This document shows positions 16,432 to 25,337 of a stretch of DNA of 64,000 nucleotides, piece by piece (within the stretch, counting starts at the first letter, position 1; every line of letters starts with the position of its first letter). This DNA comes from an uncultured Bacilli bacterium (lineage in GTDB: Bacteria > Bacillota_I > Bacilli_A > RF39 > UBA660), in NCBI GenBank assembly GCA_934120265.1, contig CAKOTU010000004.1, forward strand, positions 285 through 64,284, in the 5' to 3' direction. A program made the position numbers and the translations under genes. Below the pieces are notes generated by a model, which worked only from the letters and a program-made list of their open reading frames with translations, did not search any database and was not told the DNA's origin.

Positions 16432-18540
16432 ATGAAGAATAATAAGGGTTTTGCAATAAGTAGTGTTGTTTATGCCATGTTAATACTTTTTTTAGGACTT
16501 ATCTTATTAATTTTAGGGAATCTAGCTAGTAGAAAGGCTATGTTTGATAAGGAAAAAAATGAAATACTTATGAGATTTAACGGTTATGAAGGGACCTTAT
16601 GTACTTTGATTGAAGGTGGGGCATATGATATTGGTTCTAAATATGAATGTGAATTAGGTGATAATGATCCAAAAATATTTTATGTTTTGGAATCAAGTGG
16701 AAGTAATATATCACTAATTATGAGTGCTAATGTTGATTCAAACGGGAAAGCTATAACTTCAACAAACATTCCTGATGACAAGGGTTTTTCTGCATGGGTG
16801 ACTCTAGGGGATTATATGTCCGCAGGAGGAACGGCATCTGATTTTGGTAGTGTTGGTGAGAATAGTCTTGGCCCACTTACAGCTTTAAAAAAACTAAAAG
16901 AGTTTACAAAACCATGGAAGAAATTAGCGCCATCACAAATTGTATTACCGACAGCAAATCAGGTAGCAACGGCAGGTGGAGATACAAAGTGGAGCGAAAG
17001 TTCAACCGGCAATGGATTTAGCTCTGCAACGTGGTTATATGATAATTTAAATGGAACTACTAATGCAGTTTCAGGTATATATGGTTATTGGACATCAACA
17101 GCTGTTGCATCCACTTCGAATCGTGCTTGGCGTGTGTACTCAACAGGTAACTTTCTTTCATATTTTGTTTCTTATGATGAAGGATACGGTATACGTCCAG
17201 TAATCACAATTTCAAAATCACAACTAGAAGTACCAATATTGTGTGTAGCTAAGACTACAGCAACAACAGGAAATGTATCTCGAGGAAGATATGAGTATGG
17301 TGATGAATACGAATGTGAATTAGGTGATGGACAAAAAAGAACATTCTTTATTTTGGATAAAACATCTACAGAAGTATCTTTAATAATGAGTGAGAACTTG
17401 GGAGCAGAAGCTGGATGGTGCAGTGATGATGATTGTAAAACAGACAATGTATGGGATAATACAAAAGGTCCAATAACTGCAAAAAGTGAACTTGAAAAAA
17501 GAACTACTAGTTGGAGTAAAATATCAAATAAAACAAAGATTACATTACCAACAGCACAACAAGTAGCAAAAGCCTCTGGCGAAACATTTAATAATTCTTC
17601 TGTTTCTGGGTTAGCAAAATGGTTGTGTGGGAATTTAAAAAGTGTTGTTGGATATTGGACATCAACACAGTTTATTGAAAATACATATGGTGCTTGGTAT
17701 GTTGGCTATAGCAATGATATTCGTGTTGATAGTATTGGAAATGACTATGATTATGGTATACGTCCAGTAATCACAATACCAAAAGCACAAATAAAATCAC
17801 CAAAGGTACAAAAATATAGAAATGGTAGTGAAGTATATTTTAATGTAACAACAGGTGTAAAATGTACATCATCAGATTATACAGAAACACAAAGCAATAT
17901 AGGTGTAAATAGTGGATGTATGAAGTTCTATATTTTTAATGATGATGGTGGTGACACATTAAATTTAATTTTAGATCATAATACAACTGCAACAATTTTA
18001 TGGAATTCAAGTGGAAGTAGTACTAGCGGTCCAAAAGAAGCGTTAACACAATTAAAAACTGATACAGAAAATTGGAATGGAACGGAAACTCCAACAAACT
18101 ATGCGATTGATCAAACAGGCCAAACAAGTGGTGCAAAATATATAATAGATTATAGTGCATACAAGGCAAGATTTATAACAGCACAGGAAGTAGCAACAAT
18201 CACAGGAAATACATCTTGGAATGAAAAAAATGCAAGTAGCGTATTTTACTTTGATACAAATGCAACAAGTAATAGTTCAACATGTCAAAGTGGGGATATA
18301 AGTGGATGCGCTTATGGATGGCTATATGATAGAACAAAACCTGATTGTACGACATATGGATGTAAAAACAATTCAGATAAGTCAACATTGGGATATTGGA
18401 CAGTTTCTCCTCGTGCTGAAAGTATTAGAGAAAATTGGTGCGTTGCTTATGAAGGTTATCTTGGCGATTATATTGTTAACTTCCCAGCTTATTATGGTAT
18501 ACGCCCAGTTATAGAAATATCGGCAAAGAAACTTTTATAA
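16432..18540 (+). CDS. Three-module surface protein with a degenerate pilin-like N-terminus (no Glu+5)
   Basis: MKNNKGFAISSVVYAMLILFLGLILLIL. There are two type-A modules (YECELGD...LIMS...LPTA.QVA...GYWTST...YGIRPVITI) and one type-B module homologous to the 26834 C-terminus. RBS agaggtga. Confidence 0.75.
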   Translation: MKNNKGFAISSVVYAMLILFLGLILLILGNLASRKAMFDKEKNEILMRFNGYEGTLCTLIEGGAYDIGSKYECELGDNDPKIFYVLESSGSNISLIMSANVDSNGKAITSTNIPDDKGFSAWVTLGDYMSAGGTASDFGSVGENSLGPLTALKKLKEFTKPWKKLAPSQIVLPTANQVATAGGDTKWSESSTGNGFSSATWLYDNLNGTTNAVSGIYGYWTSTAVASTSNRAWRVYSTGNFLSYFVSYDEGYGIRPVITISKSQLEVPILCVAKTTATTGNVSRGRYEYGDEYECELGDGQKRTFFILDKTSTEVSLIMSENLGAEAGWCSDDDCKTDNVWDNTKGPITAKSELEKRTTSWSKISNKTKITLPTAQQVAKASGETFNNSSVSGLAKWLCGNLKSVVGYWTSTQFIENTYGAWYVGYSNDIRVDSIGNDYDYGIRPVITIPKAQIKSPKVQKYRNGSEVYFNVTTGVKCTSSDYTETQSNIGVNSGCMKFYIFNDDGGDTLNLILDHNTTATILWNSSGSSTSGPKEALTQLKTDTENWNGTETPTNYAIDQTGQTSGAKYIIDYSAYKARFITAQEVATITGNTSWNEKNASSVFYFDTNATSNSSTCQSGDISGCAYGWLYDRTKPDCTTYGCKNNSDKSTLGYWTVSPRAESIRENWCVAYEGYLGDYIVNFPAYYGIRPVIEISAKKLL

Positions 18541-18591
18541 AAAGAAATTATAGGATTGACATTACAAAATAAAATGATATATAATAGTCAC

Positions 18592-18812
18592 ATAAAAACT
18601 TTGAACTTGAGGAGTAAACTAAAGCGTTTTAAAGAGAGTCTATGGTTGGTGGAAATAGATAAATTAATTGGTTGAAGGTAGCAAGCCAGTTGAATATCTA
18701 AGTAAATAGGATATTACGTATATTATGCGTTAAATAATTAAGGTGTAGAAATACATAAATTAAGGTGGTACCACGTAAACTCACGTCCTTATCTAGGATG
18801 TGAGTTTTTTAT
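18592..18812 (+). promoter_or_regulatory. T-box leader controlling valS
   Basis: Promoter TTGACA(18556)-18-TATAAT(18580). AGAGAG plus distal loop GGTTGGTGGAA. F-box-like GCGTTAA. T-box AAGGTGGTACCACG. Terminator actcacgtcct/aggatgtgagt plus tttttt. The likely specifier is GUA within gaaGGUAGc, but the register is ambiguous. Confidence 0.85.
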
Positions 18813-18832
18813 ATTTTAATAGGAGGAATATT

Positions 18833-21373
18833 ATGTTAGAAAGTAAATATAATCATTTAAGTGTTGAAGATGGAAAATATGAAAATTGGAAAGAGAAGGG
18901 ATATTTTGAGTCTGGTGATTTAAGTAAGAAACCATACTGTATTGTTATTCCACCTCCAAATGTAACAGGTAAATTACATTTAGGCCATGCTTGGGATACA
19001 ACACTACAAGATATTATTATTCGTTATAAAAGAATGGATGGATATGATGCCCTTTGGGTTCCTGGTATGGATCATGCTGGAATAGCAACTCAAGCTAAAG
19101 TCGATAAAAAATTAAAAGAACAAGGCATAAAACCACGTGAAATGGATCGTGAAGAGTGGTTAGAACATGCATGGGCTTGGAAGAGAGAATATGCAGATAA
19201 TATTCATGCACAATGGGCTAAAATGGGATTAAGTTTGGATTATACTAAAGAAAGATTTACTTTGGATGAAGGGCTTAGTAATGCAGTTAAACATGTCTTT
19301 GTAACTTTATATAATGAAGGATTAATATATAGAGGAGAAAGAATTATTAACTGGGATCCTGAAGCTATGACAGCGCTTTCTAATGAAGAAGTAATATATA
19401 AAGATGTAGAAGGTGCATTCTACCACATTAAGTATTTTATAGAAGGAACTAATGATTATTTAGAAGTAGCAACAACTCGTCCTGAAACATTGTTTGGAGA
19501 TACTGCTGTTGCTGTTAATCCTAGTGACGATCGTTATAAACATTTAATAGGAAAAAATGTAGTTCTTCCTATTGTTAATAAGTTAATACCTGTAGTTGGT
19601 GATGAACACGCTGATCCAGAATTTGGTACAGGAGTTGTTAAAATAACTCCAGCTCATGATCCTAACGATTTTGAAGTAGGAAATAGACATAATCTTGAAA
19701 GAGTTATCGTTATGAATCCTAATGGTACTATGAATAAGAATGCTGGCATTTATGAAGGAATGGATCGTTTTGCTTGTCGTGAGAAACTTGTAAATGATTT
19801 AAAAGAACAAGACTTACTTATATCTATTGAACCAATTGTTCATAGCGTAGGTCATAGTGAAAGAACAGATGTAATGGTTGAACCTTATTTATCTAAACAA
19901 TGGTTTGTTAAAATGAGACCTCTTGCAGATAGAGTATTAGAAAATCAAAAAAACAAAGATACAAAGGTTAATTTTGTTCCAGAAAGATTTGAAAAAACTA
20001 TGAATCACTGGATGGAGATTACTTATGACTGGTGTATTTCTCGTCAACTTTGGTGGGGACATAGAATTCCTGCTTGGTATAAAGGTGAAGAAGTATATGT
20101 TGGCATAAATCCACCTGAAGGTGAAGGTTGGGTACAAGATTCAGATGTATTAGATACTTGGTTCTCTAGTGCCTTATGGCCATTTTCAACCCTTGGTTGG
20201 CCAGAAAAAACAGATTTACTAGCACGTTATTATCCTAATAATGTTTTAGTAACAGGATATGATATAATTCCTTTCTGGGTAAATAGAATGACTTTCCAAG
20301 GACTTCACTTTACAGATCAAAGACCATTTAAAGATTGCCTAATACATGGACTTATTCGTGATAAACAAGGACGTAAAATGAGTAAATCATTAGGTAATGG
20401 TGTAGATCCTATGGATGTTATAGAAAAATATGGATGTGATTCATTAAGATTTTTCTTAACAACATCTACTGCTCCTGGTATGGATTTAAGATATGATGAA
20501 GAAAAAGTTGCTTCAACTTGGAACTTTATTAATAAACTTTGGAATGCATCACGTTTTGTTTTAATGAATATTGAGGACTTAACAAAAGATACTTATACAT
20601 TAGATAACTTATCGATTAGTGATAAATGGATTTTAACAAAACGAGAAAACTTGATTAAGACAGTTAGAAAGCATATGGATAATTATGAATTTAACGTTGT
20701 TGGTACAGAACTTTATAGTTTTATTTGGAATGATTTCTGTGATTGGTATATAGAACTTGCTAAAGGAAATATGAATAATACAACAAAGAGTGTACTTCTT
20801 ACTGTATTAACAGATATATTAAAGATGTTGCATCCATTTATGCCATATGTAACAGAAGAAATATATTTGATGTTACCAATACATGATGAATCAATCATGA
20901 TAAGTTCTTACCCAGTATATAATAAAGATTTAGTATTCGAAGACTCTAAAGAATTAGATAATATTATTGATTTTATTGTTAAAGTAAGAACTGCTAAACT
21001 AGAACATAAGATACCAAAAGATTCAAAAGTATATTTTGAAGGTAATTATAAAGATTTAATTTTAAAATCTCTTCGTGTTGCTTCTGAATATTTAATAGAT
21101 AATAGTGATATGGATGGAGTAGAAGTAATTAGTTCAAATAAAAATTATAGAATTAAGTATATGTTTGATACTTCTATTGACAAAGAAAAAGAGTTAGAAT
21201 CACTTCAAAAAGAAAAAGAAAACTTAGAAAATTCTATTGCTAGAAGAAAGAAACTTTTAAGTAATGAAAACTATGTAAGTAAAGCTCCAGAAAATATTGT
21301 TAACAAAGAAAGAGAAGATTTACTAAAAGAAGAGAATGAATTAAAATTAATTTTAGAAAAAATGGGCAATTAA
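18833..21373 (+). CDS. valS: Valine--tRNA ligase
   Basis: HIGH motif ([12 protein letters not shown]), KMSKS, and a C-terminal coiled coil. ATG at 18833 follows aggagg; the track start at 18800 is a GTG inside the T-box terminator. Confidence 0.95.
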   Translation: MLESKYNHLSVEDGKYENWKEKGYFESGDLSKKPYCIVIPPPNVTGKLHLGHAWDTTLQDIIIRYKRMDGYDALWVPGMDHAGIATQAKVDKKLKEQGIKPREMDREEWLEHAWAWKREYADNIHAQWAKMGLSLDYTKERFTLDEGLSNAVKHVFVTLYNEGLIYRGERIINWDPEAMTALSNEEVIYKDVEGAFYHIKYFIEGTNDYLEVATTRPETLFGDTAVAVNPSDDRYKHLIGKNVVLPIVNKLIPVVGDEHADPEFGTGVVKITPAHDPNDFEVGNRHNLERVIVMNPNGTMNKNAGIYEGMDRFACREKLVNDLKEQDLLISIEPIVHSVGHSERTDVMVEPYLSKQWFVKMRPLADRVLENQKNKDTKVNFVPERFEKTMNHWMEITYDWCISRQLWWGHRIPAWYKGEEVYVGINPPEGEGWVQDSDVLDTWFSSALWPFSTLGWPEKTDLLARYYPNNVLVTGYDIIPFWVNRMTFQGLHFTDQRPFKDCLIHGLIRDKQGRKMSKSLGNGVDPMDVIEKYGCDSLRFFLTTSTAPGMDLRYDEEKVASTWNFINKLWNASRFVLMNIEDLTKDTYTLDNLSISDKWILTKRENLIKTVRKHMDNYEFNVVGTELYSFIWNDFCDWYIELAKGNMNNTTKSVLLTVLTDILKMLHPFMPYVTEEIYLMLPIHDESIMISSYPVYNKDLVFEDSKELDNIIDFIVKVRTAKLEHKIPKDSKVYFEGNYKDLILKSLRVASEYLIDNSDMDGVEVISSNKNYRIKYMFDTSIDKEKELESLQKEKENLENSIARRKKLLSNENYVSKAPENIVNKEREDLLKEENELKLILEKMGN

Positions 21374-21436
21374 TAAGCCTGTTTTTTTGTTAACAAATGC
21401 CTAGGTATTTCATATATTACTGTAGGGAGGTGACTT

Positions 21437-21826
21437 ATGAACGAGTTAAATAATGTAGTAACTGCAACTGGACAATACAATAACATCCCAACCTCACTTA
21501 CTTCTAATACTTCAGTAGTTAATATGATAGAAGGACTTACGCTAACTAAAGAAGCGGATAAACAAAATTGGAGTAGTGGAGATTTAACATACACAATAAC
21601 TTTAAAAAATGAAACAGATAAGGTATATTCAAATTTGGTCATTAAAGATGTTATTAATACAACTTTAGTAGAGTTTGTAAAAGGAAGTGTGACTATTAAT
21701 GATACTCCTGCAACTGAATCACAATATTCTTATGATGAAGGTAGTAGTACATTAACAATCAATTTAAGTGATGCCGGACCCTCATCAACAAATACTCTCA
21801 CGTTTCGCGTTACAAAAAAAAGTTAA
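21437..21826 (+). CDS. Small DUF11-like (conserved repeat domain) beta-sandwich protein, possibly truncated at an A8 run
   Basis: LTKEADK...GDLTYTITLKN...V.IKDVI...FV.GSVTIN...TLTINL...TLTFRVT resembles the DUF11 repeat. RBS gggaggtga. See the finding on 21812-21971. Confidence 0.55.
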   Translation: MNELNNVVTATGQYNNIPTSLTSNTSVVNMIEGLTLTKEADKQNWSSGDLTYTITLKNETDKVYSNLVIKDVINTTLVEFVKGSVTINDTPATESQYSYDEGSSTLTINLSDAGPSSTNTLTFRVTKKS

Positions 21827-21972
21827 TCGTTATTTTGTTTTAAATACATGTTCATTACTTTATTATAATAATGGTAGAGAGTTAAAAAGTAACTATGTTT
21901 TAGTCATAAGTCCAATAAATAGATACTATAAAGAAGATTATACTTGCTCAACACCTTATTGGCGTAAATAAG

Positions 21973-21994
21973 AATCACTTAATGTGATTTTTTT
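21973..21994 (+). terminator. Intrinsic terminator
   Basis: aatcac-ttaat-gtgatt followed by ttttt. Confidence 0.65.
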
Positions 21995-22105
21995 AGTTTG
22001 CTGTGAAAACTGTCCATATTTTGACAAAAAACTCAAAAAGTATTGACTAATAATTTTGTTTTGTGTTATTATAAGAATGTAGATAAAGTAAGGTGGTGAG
22101 AATAA

Positions 22106-22468
22106 ATGAAAATGAATAAGAAAGGTTTTACTTTAATTGAATTATTAGCAGTTATCGTAGTATTAGCTATTATCGCTTTAATCGCTACTCCAATTGTTAT
22201 GAGTACAATTAATAAAGCTCAAGAAGGTGCAAATAAGAGATCTGTAGAAGGTTACATGAAAGCTTATGAAGCAGCATATTATGAATATATGCTTGAAAAT
22301 GGTGGTGCTGAACCAGCAACTAAATTAACTTCAGGTATTGATTATAATGGTGCTACAGTTACTTGTGAAACAGTTACAGTAACAGCTGATAAAAAATTCA
22401 GTGCTACTTGTACAGTAAATGGTAAGACTTACAAATATGAAAATGGAAAAGCTGATAATAATAAATAA
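22106..22468 (+). CDS. Short type IV pilin / pseudopilin-like protein (120 aa)
   Basis: MKMNKKGFTLIELLAVIVVLAIIALIATPIV, then a ~85-aa head with 2 Cys. RBS ggtggtga, an upstream TTGACT-type promoter and its own terminator. Confidence 0.85.
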   Translation: MKMNKKGFTLIELLAVIVVLAIIALIATPIVMSTINKAQEGANKRSVEGYMKAYEAAYYEYMLENGGAEPATKLTSGIDYNGATVTCETVTVTADKKFSATCTVNGKTYKYENGKADNNK

Positions 22469-22484
22469 TATTATCTAATATTAA

Positions 22485-22511
22485 AAAGATAGTTAATTGC
22501 TATCTTTTTTT
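22485..22511 (+). terminator. Intrinsic terminator after the short pilin
   Basis: aagatag-ttaattg-ctatctt followed by ttttt. Confidence 0.7.
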
Positions 22512-22549
22512 GTGCTTTTATGCTATACTCTAAAAGGTAGGATGATGGT

Positions 22550-23875
22550 ATGAGCAAAATAATAAATAAGTTAAATTTCATATTAATTATATTTGTGTTG
22601 GTATTAAATCCATTATGGTTGTTAACATGTGCCAACCTAAAATCATTTGGTTTAACAATACCTTTTTATTATTATCAAATATTATATTTTATAATTCCGG
22701 TAGAAGTAATTATTTATGCATATAAAATTATAAAAAAAGAAGTTAAATTTAATTATTATGATATGATTGTATTTATATTGTTAATATTACTTGGGATTGT
22801 TACTAGTAATTCGATTGATGTATCCACATCAATTTGGGGAGCTTATAAAAGAAATGAAGGCCTTTTGACGATGATAAGTTATTACTTGTTGTTTTTAAAT
22901 TGCAGAAGTTTAAATGAGAAACAAATACGTTTTGGTGTAAAAGTTCTATTTGAAATAGGAATTGTGCAATTTGTTTATTGTTTATTTCAAGTTTTTTTGA
23001 GATTCCCAGGATTAGAATTATTTTCTTTAAATGATGTAAATTATATGGCAATGGGTTTTGTAGGAAATCCAAATTTCTTAGGAAGTTATTGTATAATGTT
23101 ATTAGGATTAGCTCTTATGTTATATTTTATTAAAAGTGAAAGAAAATATTTTTGGTTAAGCATTATATTTTTTATTAATTTAATTTTGTCTCAATCCACT
23201 GGTCCTTTCTTTTCTTTTATAATATTATTTATCTTTATGATTATCTTCATGAAAATCAAAAACATAATTAATTGGGAAAAAGTAGGTATTGTATTTGTTA
23301 GTTTTATGTTAACCTTTATTGTTGTCAGTAATGGTGTAGAATTATATTGTAAAAAGGTATTTAATGATAAGATTGTTTCTAGTTATACAATAAAAGGTGA
23401 TATGCTAAATACTTTAAATTTATTTGGATTCTCTAAAGAAAATGGTGATAAAGACATAACAATTGAAGATTATGGTTCTGGTAGAATTACTATTTGGAAA
23501 AATACTTTAAAAATAGTACCTAAGTATTTTTGGCTAGGTTCTGGTATAGATACATTTGGATATGTTTACCCTGATAATAATAAAGGACTATATTATGATA
23601 AAGCACATAATGAATATCTTCAAATTCTTGTTACAGAAGGAATTTTTTCATTAATATTATACCTTAGTTTATTATTAACCTTGTTTGTTGATGGCATAAA
23701 AAGTAATAATAAACTTGTTTGGATATTAATGATGGCTTTTGTAGGGTATGCTTTGCAAGCGTTTTTAAATATAAGAGTTAATACAGTCGCACCAACATTT
23801 TATATAATAATAGGAATGATGGCAGGGCTTATTAGTCAAGAAAAAGTAAAAGCGAAAATCAAGGAAGTTGCATAA
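22550..23875 (+). CDS. O-antigen ligase family (Wzy_C-type) polytopic membrane protein
   Basis: ~10-12 TM helices and an external loop with YDKAHNEYLQILVTEGIFS, the AHN.YLQ...E.G signature of O-antigen ligase / O-oligosaccharyltransferase relatives. Confidence 0.7.
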   Translation: MSKIINKLNFILIIFVLVLNPLWLLTCANLKSFGLTIPFYYYQILYFIIPVEVIIYAYKIIKKEVKFNYYDMIVFILLILLGIVTSNSIDVSTSIWGAYKRNEGLLTMISYYLLFLNCRSLNEKQIRFGVKVLFEIGIVQFVYCLFQVFLRFPGLELFSLNDVNYMAMGFVGNPNFLGSYCIMLLGLALMLYFIKSERKYFWLSIIFFINLILSQSTGPFFSFIILFIFMIIFMKIKNIINWEKVGIVFVSFMLTFIVVSNGVELYCKKVFNDKIVSSYTIKGDMLNTLNLFGFSKENGDKDITIEDYGSGRITIWKNTLKIVPKYFWLGSGIDTFGYVYPDNNKGLYYDKAHNEYLQILVTEGIFSLILYLSLLLTLFVDGIKSNNKLVWILMMAFVGYALQAFLNIRVNTVAPTFYIIIGMMAGLISQEKVKAKIKEVA

Positions 23876-23929
23876 ACTTTCTTTTTTTTTAATCTTGTTA
23901 TATAATATACATACAGATGGAGGATTTTT

Positions 23930-24874
23930 ATGGAAAAAATTTCAATTATTGTACCTTGTTATAATGAAGAAGAAGCAATGCCAATATTTTATGAAGAAAT
24001 ATGTAAAGTTGCAAAAAAAATGAAAAAAGTAGATTTTGAGTTCATTTTTGTAAATGATGGTTCTAAAGATCATACTTTAGATGTTGCTCGTGATTTACAT
24101 AAAAAAGATGAAAGAGTAAGATATGTTTCATTTTCTCGTAATTTTGGAAAAGAAGCTGGAATGTATGCCGGTTTAGAAGCTGCTCGTGGAGATTATGTTG
24201 CTATTATGGATGTTGACTTACAAGATCCACCTGCTTTAATAGAAGAAATGTATGAAACATTAAAAAATGAAGATTATGATTGTGTAGCATCTCGCCGTGT
24301 TTCAAGAAAAGGTGAGCCACCAATAAGAAGTTTCTTTGCTAGATGTTATTATAAGTTAATTAATAAAATATCTAAAACAGAAATAGTTGATGGTGCTCGT
24401 GACTTTAGATTAATGACTCGTCAAATGGTTGATTCTATTCTAGAATTAAAGGAATATAATCGTTATTCTAAAGGAATATTTAGTTGGGTAGGATATAAAA
24501 CTAAATGGTTAGAATATGAAAATGTCGAAAGAGTAGCAGGAACTACTAAGTGGTCTTTCTGGAAATTATTCTTATATTCTTTAGAAAGTATAGTAGCGTT
24601 TTCTACTGTACCGTTATCAATAGCTGCTGTAATGGGATTGTTATTTTGTTTAATAGCATTTATTCTAATTATAGTTATTGTTGTAAAAACATTAACTGTT
24701 GGGGATCCAGTAGCAGGATGGCCTAGTATGGTATGTATTATTTTCTTTGTTAGTGGTATTCAATTATTCTGTTTAGGAATTATTGGACAATATCTAGCTA
24801 AAACATATTTAGAAGTTAAGAATAGACCAATTTATATTGTTAAAGAAACTGAGGAATCTGAATGCAAAAAGTAG
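23930..24874 (+). CDS. GT2 polyprenyl-phosphate glycosyltransferase (GtrB/CsbB-like)
   Basis: IIVPCYNEE, DGSKD, DVDLQDPP, plus two C-terminal TM helices typical of GtrB-type enzymes. Confidence 0.8.
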   Translation: MEKISIIVPCYNEEEAMPIFYEEICKVAKKMKKVDFEFIFVNDGSKDHTLDVARDLHKKDERVRYVSFSRNFGKEAGMYAGLEAARGDYVAIMDVDLQDPPALIEEMYETLKNEDYDCVASRRVSRKGEPPIRSFFARCYYKLINKISKTEIVDGARDFRLMTRQMVDSILELKEYNRYSKGIFSWVGYKTKWLEYENVERVAGTTKWSFWKLFLYSLESIVAFSTVPLSIAAVMGLLFCLIAFILIIVIVVKTLTVGDPVAGWPSMVCIIFFVSGIQLFCLGIIGQYLAKTYLEVKNRPIYIVKETEESECKK

Positions 24875-25284
24875 TAGATTTATTTAATAAATATAAAGAA
24901 GTAATTATGTATTTAATATTTGGTGTTTTAACAACGGTTGTAAGTTTGGTTACTTATTATGCTTTAACACTTACAATATTAAATCCTAATAGTGCTTTAC
25001 AATTACAATTAGCAAATATTATATCTTGGATTTTAAGTGTAGCGTTTGCTTATATCACTAATCGTAAGTTTGTATTTGAAAGTAAAAGTGAAAATATCGC
25101 TAAAGAATTAAGTTCTTTTGTGGGCGGTAGAATATTAACTTTACTCATGGATATGGCAATTATGTTTATATTTGTGACATTATTACATTTTAATGATAAA
25201 ATATTTAAAATGATATCACAAGTAATAGTTATAGTAGCAAATTATATAATAAGCAAATTATTTGTCTTTAAAGAAAGCAAATAG
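24862..25284 (+). CDS. GtrA-family membrane protein (putative lipid-linked sugar flippase)
   Basis: 140 aa with 4 TM helices. Overlaps the GtrB-like gene by 13 nt. Ends in the typical NYIISKLFVFK. Confidence 0.7.
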   Translation: MQKVVDLFNKYKEVIMYLIFGVLTTVVSLVTYYALTLTILNPNSALQLQLANIISWILSVAFAYITNRKFVFESKSENIAKELSSFVGGRILTLLMDMAIMFIFVTLLHFNDKIFKMISQVIVIVANYIISKLFVFKESK

Positions 25285-25337
25285 TTTGCTTTTTTATTTT
25301 TACAATGTTATAATAGTCGCAACTGAGGGGGAATTTT

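Noticed and set aside
18302-18514. A 70-aa plus-strand ORF overlapping the end of the 16432-18540 gene in another frame.
   Set aside because: It lies entirely inside a well-supported coding region whose frame yields the conserved YGIRPVIEI module ending.
18672-18682. The valS T-box specifier loop can be read GAA-GGU-A, which would imply a glycine specifier.
   Set aside because: The alternative register GAAG-GUA-G gives a Val codon followed by a purine. That matches the downstream valS gene and the GAA-CUU-G layout of the leuS leader. I cannot resolve the register without a structural alignment, so I make no claim.
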